A stretch of DNA of 64,000 bases from Malacoraja senta (lineage: Eukaryota): NCBI GenBank assembly GCA_038087875.1, contig CM075996.1, positions 10,480,001 to 10,544,000 of the forward strand, in the 5' to 3' direction. Every line of letters starts with the position of its first letter. Positions within the stretch are counted from its first letter, which is position 1. Below the pieces are notes generated by a model. It was given only the letters and a program-made list of their open reading frames with translations. It did no database searches and was not told the origin of the DNA. Positions 40,130-52,900 of this stretch are shown here, piece by piece. The position numbers and the translations under genes are program-made.

Positions 40130-41400
40130 AAGATGAAATAGCGGCATATTTGGATAACAGTAGCAGGATCGGTCCGAGTTCTTTGAGTATGTAACTAGGA
40201 AAATGGACAAGTGAGAGCCAGTGAATGTAGTGTACCTGGACTTTCAGAAAGCATTTGATAAGGTCCCACATAGATTAGTGGGCAAAATTAGAGCGCATGG
40301 TATTGGGGGTAGGGTACTGACATGGATAGAAAATAGGTTGGCAGACAGGAAACAAAGAATAGGGATAAACAGGTCCCTTTCAGAATGGCAGGCAGTGACT
40401 AGTGGGGTACCGCAAGGCTCGGTGCTGGGACCGCAGCTATTACAATATACATTAATGATTTAGATGAAGGGATTAAAAGTAACATTAGCAAATTTGCAGA
40501 TGACACAAAGCTGGGTGGCAGTGTGAACTGTGAGGAGGATGCTATGAGAATGCAGGGTGACTTGGACAGGTTCGGTGAGTGGGCAGATGCAGTTTAATGT
40601 GGATAAATGTGAGGTTATCCACTTTGGTAGCAAAAACAGAAGGAATATTATTATCTAAATGGTGTCAAGTTGGGAAGGGGAAATACAGCGAGACCTGGGG
40701 GGGTCCTTGTTCATCAGTCACTGAAAGTAAGCATGCAGGTACAGCAGGCAGTGAAGAAAGTGAATGGCATGTTGGCCTTCGTAACAAGAGGTGTTGAGTA
40801 TAGGAGCAAAGAGGTCCTTCTGCAGTTGTACAGGGCTCTATTGAGACCACACCTGGAGTATTGTGTGCAGTTTTGGTCTCCAAATTTGAGGAAGGACATT
40901 CTTGCTATTGAGGGAGTGCAGCAAAGGTTCGCCAAGGTAATTCCAGGGTTAGCGGGTCTGTCAAATGTTGACAGAATGGAGCGTCTGGGCTTGCATACTC
41001 TGGAATTTAGAAGGATGAGAGGGTATCTTATTGAAACATAAGATTATTAAAGGTTTGGACACGCTAGAGGCAGGAAACATGTTCCCGATGTTGGGAGAGT
41101 CCAGAATCAGAGGCCACAGTTCAAGAATAACGGGTAAGCCATTTAGAACGGAGATGAGGAAAAACTTTTTCACACAGTTGTGAATCTGTGGAATTCTCTG
41201 CCTCAGAAGGCAGTGGAGGCCAATTCTCTAGAGGCTTTCAAGAGAGACTTAGCTAGAGCTCTTATAGATAGCGGAAACAAGGGATATGGGGAGAAGGCAG
41301 GAACAGGGTACTGATTGTGGATGATCAGCCATGATCACAGTGAATGGCAGTGCAGGCTCAAAGGGCCGAAGGGCCTACTCCTGCACCTATTGTCTATTGA
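40130..41400 (+). mobile_element. CR1 fragment
   Basis: RT motifs and CTATTGT tail. Confidence 0.9.
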
Positions 41401-42330
41401 CCCCTCCTGATCCAGACACAACAGCACCACCCCACTCCCACACCTTCACACTCCCACACCCTTACCCCTTTCACCTCCTACACCCCCACCACCCTGACCC
41501 TCACACCACCAATACCCTGACAACAGCAGCACCACCCTAACCCTGATCTCCGGCACCCTGACCTCAACATATCAGCACCACCCCCACACTCACACACCAG
41601 CACCACAGCAGCGGCACCACCCTGACCCTGATCACCGCCCCCCTGACCTCCTCACAAAACAGCACCAGCACCCCTACATCAGCACCACCCCCCCGATCCC
41701 CACCCTCACACCAGCCGCACCCTGACCCACACAACACCAGCACAACAGCACCACCCCCTCTCCTACACCCTCACCACCTGACCCTCACACCAGCACCAGC
41801 CATACCACCATCTCCCCATCACACCCATTCCCCCATCACCTACCCTCCAACCCCACAAAACACCTCCCACCCCCCTACCCCAACATCCTGACTCCCACCT
41901 ACACCCCCATCCCCACGCTCACCACCCCCCACCATATCCACCGCCGCACCCCAACCCCCACTCCCCACTCTCGCCCACCCCCACCACTCCACACCCCCAT
42001 CCCTTCCATGCTTGCGCCATACCCTGCCACTCCCCACCCACCATCCCCCCCACCGCCACCCCCCACCAACCCGAACGCCCAGCAACCCCCATCAACCTCA
42101 ATATCTCCCAACACCTCCACTGACCATCCACCAGCACTCCCCTCACCCACACTCCCTCCATCCCCAACACCCCATCCCCCCGCCACCAGCCCCATCCCTA
42201 CACCACACCCTGATACTACCCCCACACACCACCACCAGCCACACCCCCCAATCCCCATTACTACCTGCGACCGTTCAATCACTCCCACCACCCCTACCAA
42301 CCCACCACCACTCCCACACCCAACCCCTTC
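41400..42330. repeat. C/A-rich low-complexity tract
   Basis: CACC/CCCA-rich, strongly G-depleted on the plus strand. Confidence 0.85.
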
Positions 42331-44549
42331 ACTCAGTCTGCCTGGACCTACCTGATCTCCCGGTTGCTAAACACTTTAATTCTCCTTCCCATTCCCACTC
42401 ACACCTTTCTGTCCTCGGTCTCCTACACTGCCAGAGTGAAGCTAAATGCAAATTGGAGGAACAGCATCTCATATTTTGCTTGGGCATCTTAGAGTAAAGA
42501 ATATTGATTTCTCTAACTTCAAATAACCCCGGTATTCCCTCTCTCTCCATCCCTCCCCCACCCAAGTCGCACCAGCTTCTTGTTTTCACCCAGCAAACAG
42601 CTAACAATGGCCTGTTTCTTTTATCATTGTTACTTTTTTGCATATCTTTCGTTCATTGTTCTATATCTCTCTCTACATCATCAACTATATCTCTCATTTC
42701 CCTTTCCTGAGACTTTGTCTGAAGAACTGTCTCGAACCGAAACGTCCATTCCTTCTCTCCAGACATGCTGCCTGTCCCACTGTTACTCCAGCTTTACGTG
42801 TCTATCTTCGGTTTAAACCAACATCTGCAGTTCCTTCCTACACATTTTGTCTGCTATTTCAAGTGCTCGCCCCTTCATGTAAAATGTACTTCCAATGTTT
42901 GTCTTCATTTCTTCATCCAACCAGCTTAAATCAATACCTTCTGGTTATCGCAACCACACCCTTCACAGCTGGGACTGCTTCCCTGATGCGCCCAAAGGGA
43001 ACTCACACATTCAGAAGGAGAGCGTGCAAACTCCACACAGGCAGCACCCGAGGTCAGGATTGAACCGGGGTCAGAGGAGCTGCGAAAAGGTGGCTCCACA
43101 AGCTGCACCACAGTGCTGTTACTGCTCCTCTTGCCCCTCAACTCTAAGGAAACATCCTTGGCTTCCCTTTCCCACCCACTTACACCCAAGAAGGGTCTCG
43201 ACCCGAAACGTCACCCATTCCTTCTCACCAGGGATGTTGCCTGTCCTGCTGAGTTACTCCAGCACTTTGTGTCTGCCACACATAATTCCTCATCTCTCAA
43301 GAGCTCCTGTAAATCCCTCTGAGCCCTCTCCAAACCTCACAATTCTTCTGTACCTGTATTTCTGGAACTGGGCACAGGACTCAAGCCAGGCTTCATATAA
43401 TGCCTTATAGATGTAACTTCCCGGCTGTGTACGTTGTGTGCTTCATGAAATGCTTTGTTAACCGCCCAGACCAATTTGAATATTTTTCTCCCATATTGCA
43501 GCCTCTTTGATGGTTAAATGCCAAGGATGTCATTATGACTTCCACGGCCATGCACCATTTCACAGACCAGTGGTAACAGCGGCATTGCAACAGCAGATGG
43601 TAATTGTGTGGTGATGTTTTTGGATGGAATGTTAGTATGTACACAGAGGCGGCACCTAGACACAGAGCCAGAGCTACTACCACACAGCGCCAGAGAACCA
43701 AGTTCGTTCCTGACCTCGGATGCTTTCTGCATGGAGTTTGCGCGTTCTCCCTGTGACCGTGTGGGTTTCCTCTGGGTGCTCTGGTTTCCTCCCACATCCC
43801 AAAGACATGCAGGTTTGTAGGTTGATTGGCCCACTGTAAATTGCCCCTTATGTGCAGAGAGTGGATGAGAAAGTTTGATAACATAGAAATAGTTTGAATG
43901 GGCAATCGATGGTCGGCGTGGACTCAGTGGGCCGAAGGGCCTGTTTTCATGCTGTATCGCTAAACTAAACAGTGAATGGTAGGGCTCTAGAGAGTATTGA
44001 TGAACAGTGGGGCCTGTAGAATTCCAAGGATCCATGAAGGTGGCAACAGAGGTATATGAAGTTTGGGCCCCATATCTCAGGAAGGATGTGCTGGTGTTGG
44101 AGAGGGTCCAGAGCAGGTTTACAAGAATGATCCTGGGGATGATTGGGTCAACCTGTGAGGAACATTTGAAGGCTCTGGGCCTGTACTCACTGGAGTTGAG
44201 AAGGATGAGGACCTCATGGAAACCTACAAAGATGCTGGAGAAATTCAGCGGGTAAGGCAGCATCTATGGAGCGAAGGAATAGGTGACGTTTCGGGTCGAG
44301 ACCCTTCTTCAGACCCTTTAAGTATCATTTGCCAGTCTAATCTGGCAAATAGGGATAAATTATCCCTAAATGAAAATAAAACAAAATTTATGGTGTTTTG
44401 TGGTGACAGGGTTAATTGTGCAATAAAATTGAAAATTGTATATTTCTAGTAAAGTGCTTTTAGGTTTAGGCCTTGTAATTTTGTTGGAAAAAACAAAGAA
44501 ACCAAGTGCCTTCCACAATCCCTCCTGTCACACAGAATCAAAGGTCTAT

Positions 44550-44838
44550 TCAAAGTCGATATAGCAAGAGAAGAGTCCTTTTTTCTTTTCGAGGTGTTTT
44601 TCCATTGTTTGTCTTAGTGAACAGTTGATCAATGGGTGACCAACCTGGTCTAAACCCTGCTTGGGCTTCTGATAGAATCTCTTCTGCCCTTTTTGTGATG
44701 TGTCTTTGAAGTATTAGGATGAGTATTTTGCATGAATGACTAAGCAGGCTGATTCCCTTATAATTGCCACAGTCTAGCTTGTCTTTTTTCTTGTAGATTG
44801 GTGTAATGATTGCCTTTCCCCAGTCAATTTTAGTGAGT
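44550..44838 (-). mobile_element. RTE-clade LINE RT fragment
   Basis: DWGKAIITPIYKKKDKLDCGNYKGISLLS...LSEAQAGFRPG...DQLFT. Confidence 0.75.
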
Positions 44839-44839
44839 A

Positions 44840-45440
44840 CTAGACCAAGTGCAGACCCCCCTTCAACTCCCTCTCCCATTCCGTATCCGACCTCACTGTC
44901 CTGGGTCTCCTCCATGGCCAGAGCCAGCAACACCGGAAATTGGAGGAACAGCACCTCATATTCCGCTTGGGGAGTCTGCATCCTGGGGGCATGAACATTG
45001 AATTCTCCCAATTCTGTTAGCCCTTGCTGTCTCCTCCCCTTCCTCAGCCATCGGGCTGTCTCCTCCCATCCCTCAGCCCTCGGGCTCATCCTCCGCCTTT
45101 TTCCTTTCTTCTCCCCACCCCCCATCAGTCTGAAGGGTTTCGGCCTGAAACGTTGCCTATTTCCTTCGCTACATAGATGCTGCTGCACCCGCTGAGTTTC
45201 TCCAGCATTTTTGTGTACCAAGTGCAGACCCGTTGGGTCTGTTCCCCAAACGCGCGGTTGCGGGGGGGGGGCGGCATGCGGCGTCACACACACTAACCAC
45301 CCCCACACACACACTAACTACCCCCCTGCACACATGCTAACTACTCCCCTTGATATTATATGAATATTACTAATTTGCTCCTTTTACCCCATAACCGCCC
45401 GATCCACAGACGCATAGCCCCCAACTCGCAGGCGCGTCTA
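44840..45440 (-). mobile_element. Helitron 3' end interrupted by a PLE fragment; 5' boundary unclear
   Basis: Same CTAGACCAAGTGCAGACCCGTTGGGTCT terminus as 2728. Confidence 0.7.
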
Positions 45441-46280
45441 GAGACGGAGGGGGGTAGAGAGTGAGGGCAGAGAGAGAATGTGGAGAGACAGAGAGAGAGG
45501 GCCAGAGACAGAAGGGCAAGAGACAGAGGGAGAGGGGGGTGGAGGGGAGGAGGAGAGGGAGGGTGGGTGAGGGTGGAGGAGGAGGGGAGAGAGAGAGAGA
45601 TGGGAGGAGACAGAGAGGGGAGGAGAGTGAGAGGGGAGGAGAGGGGGAGAGAGGGAGAGAGGGGTGCTGAGGGGGGATGGGAAGGGGAGAGGTGGAGGGT
45701 GTGGAGGGGAGGGGGGTTTAGGGGAGGGAGGGTGGGGGAGGGCAAGGGGGTGGGGGAGAGGAAGTGGGGAGAGAGAGGAAGGGGGACAGAGAGGAAGGGG
45801 GACAGAGAGGAAGGGGGACAGAGAGGAAGGGGGACAGAAGAAGGGGGACAGAAGAAGGGGGACAGAGAGAGTGAGGGAGGGAGGGAGAGAGACGGAGAGA
45901 GGGGGGAGAGAGATAGAGGGGGGAGAGAGAGAAAGAGCGGGAGAGAGAGAGGATAGAGGGAGAGAGAGAGTGGGGGGAGAGAGAGAGGGGGGAAGAGAGA
46001 GAGGGGGGAGAGAGAGAGGGGGGAGAGAGAGAGGGGAGAGAGAGAGGGGGGGAGAGAGAGAGGGGAGGGAGAGAGAGAGGGAGGGGGGAGAGAGAGAGAG
46101 GGGGAAGAGAGAGGGAGGGGGAAGAGAGAGAGAGGGGGAAGAGAGAGAGAGGGGGAAGAGAGAGAGAGGGGGAAGAGAGAGGAGGAGAGAGAGAGAGGGG
46201 GAGAGAGAGGGAGAGATGGGAGAGAGGGAGAGGGAGAGATGGGGGAGAGAGAGGGAGAGAGAGAGAGAGAGAGAGAGGAG
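45440..46280. repeat. ~840-bp polypurine (GA) tract
   Basis: Almost exclusively G/A on the plus strand. Confidence 0.95.
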
Positions 46281-46712
46281 TGGGGCGGGGGCAGCAGGTC
46301 GCGGGGGCCCGAGTGAGGCCCGGAGCGATCTGAGGACCAAAGATCCTATAGCGAACTATAGGCTCCTTGCTGAGGACTGCCAAAAGCAGTGGAGGACCGG
46401 CCGATCATGGCTTCCGCCAGCGTTACAGATGGACGGGCCGCGGACACGGAGAGGAGGTCGTCCCCTGTGATGGGTAGAGAGGAGAGGGGAGCGTGGGTGG
46501 GAGGAGAGGGGAGGAGGTGAGAAGAGGAGAGGGGGGGAGCGGGGCGAGTGAGTGGGCTGCAGCGGGCGGGCGGGGGATGGGAGGGTCGGGGCTTCACAAG
46601 CTGCACCGACAGTGTGGAGAAGCTTCTTCAGCGCGTGAGCGCCGCTGACCTCGGGATCTGCAGAACAAAGATCCTATAGCGGAGCGGAGCTGCAGGATCT
46701 TTGCTGCAGAAC

Positions 46713-47128
46713 TGTTTCGTTCTTTCTGCGCCTTTTGACGAACGGTGGGTAATGGAAAATTTATGTATCCGTTACCTTGTGTATTCTATCTGTGTCTGTA
46801 CAAGATCGCTTACCGAAACTGCCTAGGGCGCAAGTAATTAACAGGTCTCGGTCGAGTGATTATGAGTAATCACATACCTTGCAGAACCGCTAATCTTGCT
46901 CCGACGAAACATTCCGCAGTTATTTCCTTTCAATTCTGAGTTTCCTTATCAGTTGCCATTGTCTCGACGCTTTTTGGTTTCAATCAATGTATAAAAGAGA
47001 TGTGTTTCAGCATTAGTACAGGGGGACTCGCACAGACTCTTGTGCTGTGTGTGACTCTCTCTCACAATAAAGTTCGTTCAGTTGTACCTCAGTTTTCGTA
47101 ATAGTCGTCTGTTGGAAAATTTCTAACA
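46713..47128 (+). mobile_element. ERV 5' LTR (5' boundary uncertain)
   Basis: TG...CA, TATAAAA 46990, AATAAA 47066, PBS 4 nt downstream. Confidence 0.75.
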
Positions 47129-47132
47129 TAAT

Positions 47133-47150
47133 TGGCACCCAACGTGGGGC
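47133..47150 (+). promoter_or_regulatory. Primer-binding site, tRNA-Lys1,2
   Basis: TGGCACCCAACGTGGGGC, 17/18 match to the canonical Lys1,2 PBS TGGCGCCCAACGTGGGGC. Confidence 0.9.
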
Positions 47151-47491
47151 CCCAATAACTCTGTTGCCGGTTTCCAGGGGAACCAAGAGCGCTCATTTTA
47201 AGGTTCCTTACGGACGCCGGGACAGAGTGACGGGGCCCAACCGACACGCCGGAGGTAGGACTGAACGTTCCGTAGATAGTGGGGCCCCAGCTAAGTAATT
47301 TTGACTTTGCCGAGTTGTATTTTGTTACCTTCCTCGGAGACCGGAGACGACGGACAGAATTGTCGGGGACAATTGAGAAGAGTAGTTGGACTACTCAGGC
47401 GACAGGGTCGCCAATGGTAAGAAGTCTGGGACTTCGGAGTCAAGTTGGACAGGGAAAAAGTATAGTCGTAAGTCTCGAGGAGGGAATCAGA

Positions 47492-49985
47492 ATGGGCTCG
47501 ACAAACTCAAAAGGTTATGAAGGTGATGAGAAATGTATGTTTATACAAAGTAGGCGTAATTGGAAGTACTTAAACATGTGGAAAAAAAGGTATGATTTTA
47601 GTGGTAAGTTACTTGTTGATGATTGTTGTAAATTAATGTCTGCTATTGCAAAGATGCAACAAAAAGAAAGAAGGATAAAGACAAGTTGGGCTACCATGAA
47701 GCACGTCTTTGGCTTCAGGAAGAGAGACGGAAAGGAAAAAGAGAAGGAACAACCTACCAAAAACAAACCATCGACAAACGCATTCCTCCAGAAGGGGGAC
47801 AACGAGGTCTTCCACCGATCACCGGGTATGGCGAGTGCCCCCCCTCCATACACACTGGAGAAAAAGGGGGTGGCCTTGCACCGGCGACGGCGGAAGAAAC
47901 CGTCGGACCGGACTCAACAAGGGCTCCAACCCCCGACTGGTACAAAAACCAACCATTAAGGAAAGTGGCCAGCTGCACCCAGGTTTGCAAAGTCCAAGAA
48001 CCACTCGCTCAGTTACCGTTTATAATCTTCATTCAGGCCCTATATTTGAGCCTAAATCTCCACGGTCAATAAAAGACCAAGCGGGGACGAAACGTATCCT
48101 ATGATTGCAATGCCTAATCCAGATGCCGGCGCAGTGGGGCCAATGTACGTGTACAGGCCATGGAATATGGAGGATATTAAAAAGGCACTGAAGGGCATTA
48201 CACATCCTAGAGATAATTTCGCAAAGTGGCAGAGGGACTTTGGAAACCTGGTTGTAAGTTATTGTTTAAATACTGTAGAATATGAACAAGCGTTGCAAAG
48301 TCTTATCGGGTGTGATTGCTGTTTAATTGAAGGAGATTGGAATGCTATTGTAAATGGAGCACCCCTTCAGTGGGCACCAGGTCAGAATGATTATCATAAC
48401 AGACGAATAGCTATTGAAAATCGAATAAGAGCACACTTCCAGAGAGGAGTCGATTACAATAAAATTAGGGAATGTACACAAAATAAAGACGAGCCTGTGC
48501 TACACTATTTCTACAGACTTACGGTTGTCTTTGAGGCAAATAGTGGACAAGAAGTAGCAATGTTACAACATTTTGAGATTTTAAAAATAAAGTCTGCAAT
48601 TTAACCCATCAGATAAAGCATAAAAAGAAGTTTAATTTGACACCTAATTCACTTTCATATCTTCAGTATTAAAGAAGTTATGGCCTTCATACTCGGAAAT
48701 TAGCATCTTGTTCCCTATTGCTTTTCCATTGACTTAACACAAAAGCTGTGATTGAGGACAGTTAAAAGCCCATAACTTTCTTAAAAATTAAGATAACTGA
48801 AAGAAATTTTCAGTTATTATAGATTGAAGCATTCTGAAACAAATATGAAACAATCTTACTTAGAAGACATGAAAGTAAAGCATATAATTAGTTAGTTACC
48901 TAATTGTAGCTAATTACAAAATTCAATTACTAGATCTAAACATCTATCAATTTCTTAAGAATAGATGAACATTTTTAAATAGCCTAAGTGTCCAAATAAC
49001 ATTCACACAATAATTCACAATATAACATAATTTTTAAATCTCATTTTCATGAATTTACAGGCCAAATGGAAGGAATGGAATGTTTAATACCTGTAAATTA
49101 ATGGGCATTTAAATCATCTTGTGAGTGAGGATTTCTGGAACGCGATCTTTTGGAACGTTCATTTGCGGTGAATTTAACCCCGTATTGGCATGGAAAATAC
49201 TGCCGTTAGTTCGGGGAATAAAATCACCGTTTCGCATGAAAAAATGTGAATTAAAGGCTTCTTAAGAAGCACTTTTATACATTTAAAGAAACCACTTTCG
49301 TTTACCTGTCCCGTGTGTGAAATCTGTCCCCGTTATCGGCGTTGACGCTTCAGGAGCTGCTTTTAAAATTACTCTAGCGCTGACATTGACGATTTAATAA
49401 AAATTAAAAAATCACAAAACGATTTGTCAGCAAACGCTTGTACTCCAACGAAATATAATTCAGGACAAGGGAGGAGAAACCGCGTTTTAACCCCGCCCCC
49501 CCCTTAAAGGCGCCAAAATCGCGCACACGGCCAGTGGCAGAATTACAGCGCGACTGAAGGTAAGTTTTGTAACATACCTACAAGAAGTACCGATCCCGTG
49601 GGCGGACAAAAACCCGAGATTAGTTTATATATAAAAAAGCACATGGTGGGATGGAAAACAAAGGCACTCAATGATGTAAAAGATTGGGCAGTACATGCGG
49701 AGGAAAACACCAAACAGAAAAAGATTGTAAAGAACGTTTATCTGGCCGATGTTGAGGAAATAAGCAAAAATACCGTCTCTGTATTCTACTGGGTAAAACA
49801 AGATCAGGGGCGGGGAGGCCAGAGAGGCAGAAGAAGAGGTAGAGGCAGAGGTAGAGGGAGTAGGTCCCCAAGGGGGTGGGATGTTTTGTCTGTGGAAAAC
49901 TCGACCATTGGGCTCGAGATTGTCCCCAGGCTAAGAGAAGGCGAGGAGGGTCCAAGGTCCCGAAGCTATGACCGATCCTGACTGA
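47492..49985 (+). pseudogene. gag: ERV gag (frameshifted, interrupted)
   Basis: MGSTNSK myristoylation signal, PPPY late domain, YVYRPW and QNKDEPV capsid motifs, CFVCGKLDHWARDC zinc knuckle at 49882. Confidence 0.9.
48555..49580. mobile_element. Non-autonomous TIR DNA transposon inserted in gag
   Basis: TAGCAATGTTACAA...TTGTAACATACCTA, perfect CAAGAAG TSD at 48548-48554 and 49581-49587. Confidence 0.9.
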
Positions 49986-52900
49986 CCGAGGCTGAAGGGA
50001 GGGACAAATCAAATAGAGATACTCCCACTCCCCCAGCCGACAAAGAGCCTCTGCAAATATTGGATCTAGAAGAAATCTTCTATGTCTTACAAGACATAGT
50101 GTTTCTATGTCTTGTGTTTCTTATTTTCTTTTGGTGCTTTTGAAATTGAATTCTGTCCTTGATTTGTGTACTGTGGTGTTTTCTTATTTAATTTATTCCG
50201 ATTATGTGTTTTTTGTTTTGTTGTGATTATATGCATTGTAAGGTGTCCTTGGGTTTTAGAAAGGCGCCAGTAAATAAAATGATTATTATTATTATTATTA
50301 TTACCTAAAGCCTACGATAAGTTTAATAGTGAATGGGGAAAGGATGACATTCTTATGCGATAGCGGAGCATGTAAAACTGTCATAATAAAAGACGAAGAG
50401 CCCCCGGGAACACTATACTCCAAGAATTCAATAACAGTAAAGTCCGCCACCGGTCATACTAACGTGGATTTCTTGACGAAACCACTTAAGTTCCAAGAAC
50501 CAATATCTAATGTGTGTTGTGAGTTGTCCAGTAAATTTGCTAGGTCGAGACATTATGATGGGATTGCGGATTGGTATAATACCCACCATACAAGGGATGA
50601 AAGCTATACGGCTGTCACAAGGGACAACTGAGACAACCGACCAGGAGGGAGCAGGGGAGCCACACTATTATTATACCATCGACTTAGCGAAAAACGGACG
50701 AACCTTGGTAGTGGAAGATCTGGTCAGGGAAGTAAGGGAAAGAATAATACCAGAAGCTGTCCTACATGCACCAGACGAGTTACATTGCATCCTGTGGTTT
50801 AAATACACCACGGGGTCGGATAAAAAGTATGAGACAAAGCTTCTGAAAGTAAGATACTCTACCCTACACTTGACTGACTTGTATTGGGACCAACAAGGTA
50901 ATGCCGCCATAGCAGTAAGGCTAGCTAAGGACTACGAATTGTTCCGCGGCTACCCTTCAAGACCCCACGTTTCTGTCTCCAAAAAGCAAGGAGGGAGGTG
51001 GAGATACCTTGGAGAACTAGTCGCAAAGGGGGAAGCAGAAAAGAATTGGACACTGGTAGACGGTAAAGCACAGGTCTACTACAGTAAACGTGCAGGACTA
51101 TATACACGAGCACTGAACTGGACGACAAGGGGGGCCAAGGGGGTCCACCTAGCCGACGGCGGAAGAACCTCACGGAACAGGACGAGGAACTGATAGCACA
51201 GATTCCCAAACACCTGTGGTCAGCCGGACCGTCCGACGATGGACTCATAAAAGGAATCAGTCCTGTACAGGTAACCCCAAAAACATCCCACCGACCGTAC
51301 CAAAGGCAGTACCCCTTGCGAAAAGAAGCAATCGAGGGGATAAGACCAATCTTTAAGGCATTAAAAGGAAAAGGAGTCATCATTCCATGTGAAAACTCTC
51401 CGTGTAACACACCTATGTTCCCGGTAAAGAAAGCGGCACCATCCGATGGATGGAGAATGGTCCAAGACCTCCAAGCCGTAAACCGAGCTGTGATGCCAAG
51501 AGCTCCGTGTGTTCCCGACCCTAGTACCCTCCTGAGTTACATCGATCCTAAATATAGGTACTTCACTGTGATCGACCTAGCTAATGTCTTCTTCTCTATA
51601 CCAGTACACCCGGATTGTCAATTCTGGTTTGCTTTTACCTTTGAAGGAAAAAGATGGACCTACACACGACTACCTCAAGGATCCACCGAGAGTCCGACAA
51701 TATTCTCTATGGCAATGAGTTCAAATATTGAGAGGTTTACACCCCCCTACGTTAGCAAAATTCTCCTGTACGTGGATGACGTGTTACTCTGCTCCCCGAC
51801 GATGGAAGGCTGCGAGAAGGATACAGTAACATTATTTAAGTTCCTGTCAGAACAAGGACATAAGGTTAGTAAAGGAAAGCTACAACTATGTAAAGAAAAG
51901 GTTAAGTACTTGGGGTTCGATATATACCAGGAAGGACGGGAACTGGATGGGAACCGAAAAAAAGCAATCCTAGCCGCACCAAGGCCCACAACCAAGAGAG
52001 AAATGATGCAATTCTTGGGAATGGCCAATTTCTGCAGACAAATGGATCCCAAGCTATGCCGAAATGACGGGACCACTTCTGCAACTCATCTATCACCAAC
52101 CAATGGCGGGAAAATAACAGATAACTTGGACAGAAGAAGGGGAGGAGGCATTTGAGACTGTAAAACAGGCACTGGTATCGTCCACTGTATTAGCCTTACC
52201 AAATTCAGAGAAGCCATTTATCCAAACAGTTGACAGCAAACAGGGATACATGACGTCCGTACTGCTGCAAGACCATGGAGGGAAATTGAGACCCATCGCC
52301 TACTATTCAACCAAGCTGGATCAAGTGGCACGAGCCCTTTCAACGTGCCTACAATTGGTTATAGCCGCAGCATTAGCAGTACAAGCTTCTGCAACGATCG
52401 TCTTATATAGGCCACTGGTATTGAGGGTACCACATGCCGTATCAGTCCTATTACTACAACAAAAGATCTCGTATCTATCACCAGCTAGGCATTTGTCTTG
52501 CATGGCAGTACTGCTATCACAACCCAATCTGACTATAGAAAGATGTACTACCTTGAACCCAGCTACACTGATGCCGACCGAGGAATACGGGGAACCGCAC
52601 AATTGCCTGGAAGAGACTGACAAGTTAGTGATGCCAAGACCAGACCTCAAGGACAACGCCTTGAAAGACCCGGACCTGACATTGTACATCGACGGGTCCT
52701 GCAAGAAGAATGAGACTGGAACAAACCAATCGGGTTTTGCAGTGGTCACGGAAACCGATTCACTGAAAGCCAAAGCACTGCCACCGCATTACTCTGCACA
52801 AGCTGCAGAATTAGTTGCACTTATAGAAGCCTGCAGACTAGCAGAGGGTCAACATCTACACAGACAGTGCCTACGCTTTCTCCACGGTACATGTCTTCGC

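Noticed and set aside
41840..42497. Pro/His/Thr-rich ORFs (also 26521-26959 and 18994-19452)
   Set aside because: Low-complexity DNA open in several frames on both strands
43514..44263. 249-aa minus-strand ORF (also 44550-45314)
   Set aside because: Chimeric read-through of antisense SINE, CR1 and PLE sequence
45438..46470. Long ORFs of 221-300 aa (RG/ER- or PLS-rich)
   Set aside because: Artefacts of a stop-free GA microsatellite
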